A stretch of 64,000 nt of DNA from Eledone cirrhosa. Its lineage: Eukaryota. Under the pieces are notes generated by a model. It made no database searches. It had not been told where the DNA came from and was given only the letters and a program-made list of their open reading frames with translations. The DNA is taken from NCBI GenBank assembly GCA_964016885.1, contig OZ024741.1, positions 183,706,001-183,770,000 of the forward strand, in the 5' to 3' direction. Position numbers and translations under genes: made by a program. This document shows, piece after piece, positions 57,867 through 64,000 of this stretch (positions within the stretch are counted from its first letter, which is position 1; every line of letters begins with the position of its first letter).

Positions 57867-59694
57867 TATTTCTTTATTTGCACAAGGGCGCACTAGAAAA
57901 GGGGACAATACACATACACATGCCAGGGATTTTACATACAGTCGTGTAAAGATATTGAAACAAACAATTATAACAACCGAAATCCCCAATAGAGGGCAAG
58001 CGCCACAAATGGGTTGTTTAATACCCCGTTGATAGAACAACCCTCAACTTCAGGAGCGTGTTGTGCAAGTGCTCCCTTCTTCATTTTGTTCTCTTCTTTA
58101 ACCTACAGAGAAGGCCCAATCACTCGGCCCATTTTCGCTTCATTCACCCACCTTTCAGTAAATTTACTGGGATGCAGTGCCTCTCTCTCCTCTCTGATTC
58201 TCCTTCTAAAGTGATACTTAAAGAAGGAAATCAATTGTTGTCCGGAGAGAAAGGCATCTGTCCTCAGTCCTCTCAATCTCGTCCACCATATAATCTCTTT
58301 CACCATAGCCACTGTACAGAGGAAAACCGCCTCTCTTTCGTTTTTGAAAGAGGCTGGCGGTTTGATCCTTACTATGGACTCGGCAATCAACTGAATTTAT
58401 CTCATACGCGACAGCAGTTGTTCTGCATAGTTCCACAGGTCGGTTACGCCCGGGCAGTGTACAATTGCGTGCAAGATGGTTTCAATGTCCTGCTCGTATC
58501 TTGGACACGTCCTCTTGGAAGGATCCCTGCCGGGGCGTCCGTGCCTGTAGATCTTATCTCAAACGGGTAGAGCTCCTCGGTTGCACTGCCAGGCCAGAGT
58601 CCTCTGGAAGTTGTTCATAGGTCCCGGGCGGAAGGTCCTACCGAACAGACTGGTGAGCTCATCGTCTTCGACGCCTAGAGTCTCCTCGAGCACGTCGTCG
58701 CACATGTAAAGTACTAACCCTCTATAGAATGTCGAAGTGGAGTCTCCACTGATTGCTGTGCCCGTTTGACAGATGAGCGCCTGGGCGCATTCAATGTGCC
58801 AGGCGCTCATCTTCTTCGGTCTTCGCTTCAGCCAGGACTGCAGCTCCGTCAGCGAGACAAGTTGTGGGAAGGCCTGTCTCACAAACGGTGCGCACACCGG
58901 TTGGTCGGTGAGGAATACCTGGAGATGCCGTAGCCTCATCAGCGCATGTTTGCGCATCATTAGCCACGGCATTCCCAGCCCTCCGTTGGAAGGGTGTTGA
59001 CAGCAGATGGATCTCCTCACCAGTGGAGCCTGCTTCTTCCACAGGAACTGGAAGAGCATGCGTTCCATCTTGGTGAGGTATTCACGGGGTCAAGGTACGA
59101 CAGTCAAGCGGTAGTAGATGACGGACGATATGAAAGTGTTCGCCACCTCCACTCCACCTTTCAAAGACAGTTGGCACTATGCCCACTTCTGGGTGAGCGC
59201 AAATACCTTGGCCATGACCTCGTTCCAGTTTTTCTCCAGTTGGAGGTCTGGACCGAACCAGAACCCGAGCAATTTCACCGGTCCGTCCGTACAGCGTCCG
59301 ACGACGCTGTCAGACGGCATCGGTTTGCCTCTCCACGTTCCGAGTTGCAAACCGACACACTTGTCCGGGTTCAGTTTTGCTCCTGTGAACCTTTCGTATT
59401 CCTGTAGTAGGTTGCCGATTACCTTGATTTCCAAGGTTTTCGACACCATTACCGTCACGTCGTCGGCATAAGCCGACGCCGCTTTTCACAGTCCCGGTTC
59501 CAAAGGGATGCCCTGCAAAGGCTCCAACTTCCGCAGCAGTGACTCTAGAGTCAATACATAGAGAATGGAGGGGAGAGGGCATCCCTATCGAATGGAACGC
59601 GTGATTGCGAACGGCTCCGATAGGTACCCGTTCACCTTGACCCTCGAGCAGATGCTGGTGTGCATCGCCTTGATCAAGCCCCTGAAAACGGGAC
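57867..59694 (-). mobile_element. 5'-truncated Tx1/L1-group LINE in (GATA)n
   Basis: VNGYLSEPFAITRSIR*GCPL...LYVLTLESLL, SAYADDVTV, TGAKLNPDK, GGLGMP; 3' end aataaagaaatatatctatct; related 3' ends at 57548-57640 (+) and 59773-60020 (-). Confidence 0.9.
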
Positions 59695-60730
59695 AGAGAG
59701 ATAGATAGATAGATATCTTTTTTTCTTTATTTATTCATTAGGTGGATAGCAAGATAGATAGATATATAGATATGTTTCTTTATTAGCCACAGGGGCACAA
59801 AAGAAGGGGACAAATACAAAGGGGGAAGTTTACATACAATAAAAACGTGTAAAATACTATCACAAATGCAATTTAAAAATTAAGTGATTTTCCACAATAG
59901 GGGGAGACATTTCATATGGGTAACACATACCCCCGAAAAAATGTGCAACCCTCATCTCCAGGAGTACGAAGAGTTTGTACCCCTTTCCTCTCCTCCTCTT
60001 TTTCCTCAACCTACAGGCTGATATAGATAGATATATAGATAGGTGGATAGATAGAAAGAGAGATTGATAAATAGATATGTAGGTAGATAGAGGGAGAGAC
60101 AGGCATATAGAGAGTTAGGTAGGTAGACAGATGAATACATAGAACAAAGTCATCGTAAATCAGTGGATATAAATTTCATAATATGGAAGAAAATTATTAT
60201 AATTGAATGTAATTAATGTAATTGAACGTAAAATGAAATATGGCGATGACAGGAGTGACAAGAAGGAGAAAGTCAAGGAAAATCGAAGATTCAATCATCT
60301 ATACATAGAATGTTGTAATCAAGGAATTATTTAATTAAATATTTTTTACTATAAGCCCCATACGTTATTATCTATCGACTGACCGATAGATAAGGCTTAA
60401 ATGACGAGAAAATGGTCAGCCTCGTTTTGGTACAATAGTAGCGCAACCGCCCGGTCCGGCATACGGCTGGTATGGAATCGAGTCGCACAGTTGATGGTGT
60501 CCACTTTTTTTCCGTCTCTAAATGTTCAAATTGTTCGGCTTTTTTTCATAGTAAAAAAAAAAAAACCTACTTCGAAGCAGCTTACTTTAAGCTAAAATAC
60601 ATTCAATAGACATCAAGATGACCACTGAATACACAAGTCTGTTTTTTCTCTTCCCATTTTCTTATCATTTTCCCCGTTTCTTCCTCTCATCACTTTTTAC
60701 TTTCTATTTATTTTCTATTTCTAGCCTCTA

Positions 60731-60766
60731 TCTTCTGATGAAGGACTAGTGTCCGAAACATTAAGA
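60731..60766 (+). ncRNA. Minimal hammerhead in a PLE terminal remnant
   Basis: TCTT-CTGATGAA-GGAC TAGT GTCC-GAAACATTA-AGA; stem III palindrome decayed. Confidence 0.6.
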
Positions 60767-60907
60767 CTCTCTTCCTGCTATTTCAAGCGTTGAATTAATT
60801 TATTTCTTTCATGTACTGTGCCGTTTGTTTTGTTATTTTCGTTATTTCTGTTTGCCTTTTACACACACACGCGCACGCACACACACACACGCACACACAC
60901 ACACACA

Positions 60908-61004
<97 letters not shown>

Positions 61005-61006
<2 letters not shown>

Positions 61007-61260
61007 CAGCTTTCACATTATGGAAATTACCAGCATTATGAAATACCAACTGAGGTGGAATAAGCATACACCAAAAGAAGGGTCTCAAAGAATGACAAAA
61101 CAACCCTACACTGGTACATGTTAATTCATACAAACAAGGAGATTAAGGAAAATCGACCGGATATTGTTGTCAAAGATTATCAGGGAAGGAAATGTCTCAT
61201 GATCGAATATCGGTCCTCGTAGACAATAATATCTTTCTTAAAGTAATCGAGAAACTATGC
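61005..61260 (+). mobile_element. R4/Dong-like LINE restriction-like endonuclease fragment
   Basis: IHTNKEIKENRPDIVVKDYQGRKCLMIE...DNN...KVIEKL (RPD motif). Confidence 0.75.
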
Positions 61261-63762
61261 ATTGAGAATGATTAAAAACCATGTAGCCAAATACATAATC
61301 AAACCCCAGGCTATAACACCCCTAGGTACAAATATTACGTAAAATAGAATAAAATAAAAAAAAGAAAATTAACTACTGTTCGTGCTCAAAATACATAAAG
61401 CTCCACTCGGCAGTGAAAACACGCAATAAAGTTAAGACAACGGAAATATTGATTTTTAATTTTGACATAAGGCCAGCAATTCTTACGAGGAGAGCGAGGA
61501 AATAAATTAAATCGGCCTCAGTTCATGACTATTGCTAAATCTATCTACTCTGAAAAGATGTAGCTCAGTCTTTGGTATGTAATACATGTGCTAATTTGTT
61601 GTTACGGTTTATCTGCACAGGTTTATTTGGTCTGTCACCTATGAGGCTACATCTTATACCAGGTTTTTGATGTATTTTAATGATAGAGGTCCCATCAATG
61701 TTATCATGTCAATATTTTTTCCGGTGACAGGAAGTGGGATTTGAACTCAGAAATCACAGAATCAGAATAAATACATCGCCTCCGATGCTCTAACAAATCT
61801 GTCAATCGACGACTTGAACTAGTAATTTATTTTTCGACCTCGAAGGATGAAATGTAAAAATTGCGTGGGATTTGAACTCAGAGCGCCGGAACAAATATTA
61901 CCAGGCTTTTAATCCGTCGCTCTAATGATTCTGTCAAATCTCAACCTTGATGCACCGTTTAAGTATGTATATTGTTTCACAATAGACACAACGGCACAAG
62001 AGACTGATGCAATGAAATAGGCTTTGGGGTTGTAGTGGGACAATGTTGGTTACACTGTTCGCTAATTCAGAGAAAAAAGAAAGATGATAATAAACAGGTA
62101 TTCCATGCAATTTTAAATTTGCTCACCAGATGGTTTATTAAAACCAGAGTATTTATTAGATTAGAACCGGGACATTTTAGCTAGATAGGTTGATAGATGG
62201 TTAGTTAGTTAAATACAACAAAACACGCGTGAAAGTAATAGGAAATAATGGTGGAGAGGTTATTGTTTAATAAACTGAAGCGTTTAGTTAATCACTTTTA
62301 ATTGTTCTACTATAGCAGCAATGATTAGCTTAAATCGCTTGAAAATGTCGATTCATCTGATTTAGAAAAGCCATGGAAGGTGATTAATTAATTGTATTTA
62401 ATAATATAGCAGTTGAATAAATCGAATATAATCACACAGGCTTCTCATTTAATCTTGTTTAATGGGACAGCAGGTCTGCAAATCGAAGCAAGCAATGCAA
62501 AAGTTCAGTTTATCATTGGATGAATTGTTAAACGATACGGAACGGCTTAAATTGGGAAGCTAATGGCATCATTCACATGTTTTATTCATTTCTTTTTTGT
62601 TTTGTTTTGATTTTTTAAGGTTTTTTTTTTTATCAGGGGAGATTGTCGTTTCTCTCTCTTTTCGCACACATACACACACATGCACATCCCCAGAGCCACA
62701 CACTCTCTCTCTTTCTCTTTTCCCTTCTCTCCTATTGTTCCAGATTTGAATAAACAGAGTCTCTTCTTTCCATACACAAGCTCTGAGGCGATTTTATCCA
62801 TTGTTTGACAGGAAAATAACGAAGACCGATCAAAAACAAACAAACAAAAAACAAAAAGTAAAACAAATATAAAACACACACACCAACCTAACCAAACTAT
62901 ACAAAAGGAAGCTTTATAGGGAGAAAGGAGGGGGAGAGAAAACTTAGTTATTAGCAAACAACTGACTAGGGGGCTACAAAGGGAAATAGACTCCCTGAAC
63001 CCCAAACCCCAAACACTGCCAAAGCAATGCCAAAAACAAGACCACCACATCCACCACCACCAACAACAACAATTTTACATCACCTTAAAGTGTTGATATA
63101 TGCATTCTGTTTTTTTGTTATTATCTTTTTTAGATGTTACTAGGGAATTCGGTGTGACCTTTAAACACCAGAAGCAAGAACAGGGCTTAGATTCTCCATT
63201 TGGTGCGAGGAAATCTTTCGTCTTAATGAGATTAAAATCATCGTTGATGTGTTTAAGTGTAAAGAATGCCATTTATTGATTCCATTTAGTCAAGCCACTC
63301 TTTAATTTTTCATATCAAATCAACTCCATCATCCTTATTTATCGTTATCATCATCATCATCATAATCATCATCATGATCATTATTACTATTATTGTTATT
63401 ATTATTATTATCCTCCCCTACGCAAACCACATCAGAAATCTGTTCTATTGTTAATGATTCATAATAGAATGGTATTTGTTACAGTGGTCGCAGTGGTTTA
63501 AGCGGAGCCTGTAAGGGTGGGGTTCAGTCGGTACACCAGTCTAGGGGTCTGAAGTTTCAATGTGAGACCCGTGAATATCTGCTTCCCCCGCACAAAAATA
63601 AAACAGATACTCCGCATCCCTCTTCAGTTTTGAAACGAACCGCTCTTTGGCCACTGGGACCCAAACTTGTTTTACATTGTCAATTTTTTCTCATAGGCCC
63701 CTAGTTTGACCTACAGTGGTGGTACTTAAATTCACTACAGTGTTATTTGTTACAGATTAGAG

Positions 63763-64000
63763 GCACGTGGTCTATTGGTAAGGGTGTTAGACTTATGATC
63801 ATAATGTCGTGGGTTCGATTCCTAGGTTGCGTATTGTGTTCTTGAGCAAATCTCCGTATTTCACGTTGTTCCAGTATACTCAGCTGAAAATGAGTACCAG
63901 CAATAGCTGGAGGTTTAACCCTGGGATGGACTGGCGTCCTGTCTAGGGGGGTGACTTGTACTATCAGTCGCTTCACGTCATGAAACCGGCATAAGCACCG
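63763..64000 (+). mobile_element. tRNA-derived SINE (second family)
   Basis: ggcacgtggtctattggtaagg...gggttcgattcc (B-box)...tgtgttcttgagcaa...ctcagctgaaaatgagtacc. Confidence 0.75.

Noticed and set aside
62586-63272. Minus-strand ORFs of 154 and 65 aa as host exons
   Set aside because: Low-complexity, no recognisable domain, no clear splice support.

Overview
AT-rich eukaryotic, repeat-saturated DNA with no recognisable host protein-coding exon. The SINE types and microsatellite density suggest an octopod cephalopod (inference only). Nearly all listed ORFs are translations of microsatellites. The real content is: (i) a near-intact Naiad-type Penelope-like retroelement (PLE; RT + GIY-YIG, 45624-50098) with hammerhead ribozymes (HHRs) in both pseudo-LTRs, plus truncated or decayed PLEs; (ii) at least four unrelated NON-CODING, highly structured, HHR-containing elements with monomer lengths of about 487, 566, 666 and 2063 nt. 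All four are embedded in (TA)n tracts and have the more-than-one-monomer (and sometimes 5'-inverted) architecture expected from PLE-driven reverse transcription of self-cleaved or circular RNA. They are candidate large retrozyme-like RNAs, and one family has an unusual U3-A8 hammerhead core and long helices II/III; (iii) fragments of RTE, Tx1, CR1-like and R4/Dong LINEs, tRNA-derived SINEs, non-autonomous Helitrons and hAT/Tc1 MITEs. All pairings and identities were read by eye; no folding or database search was run.
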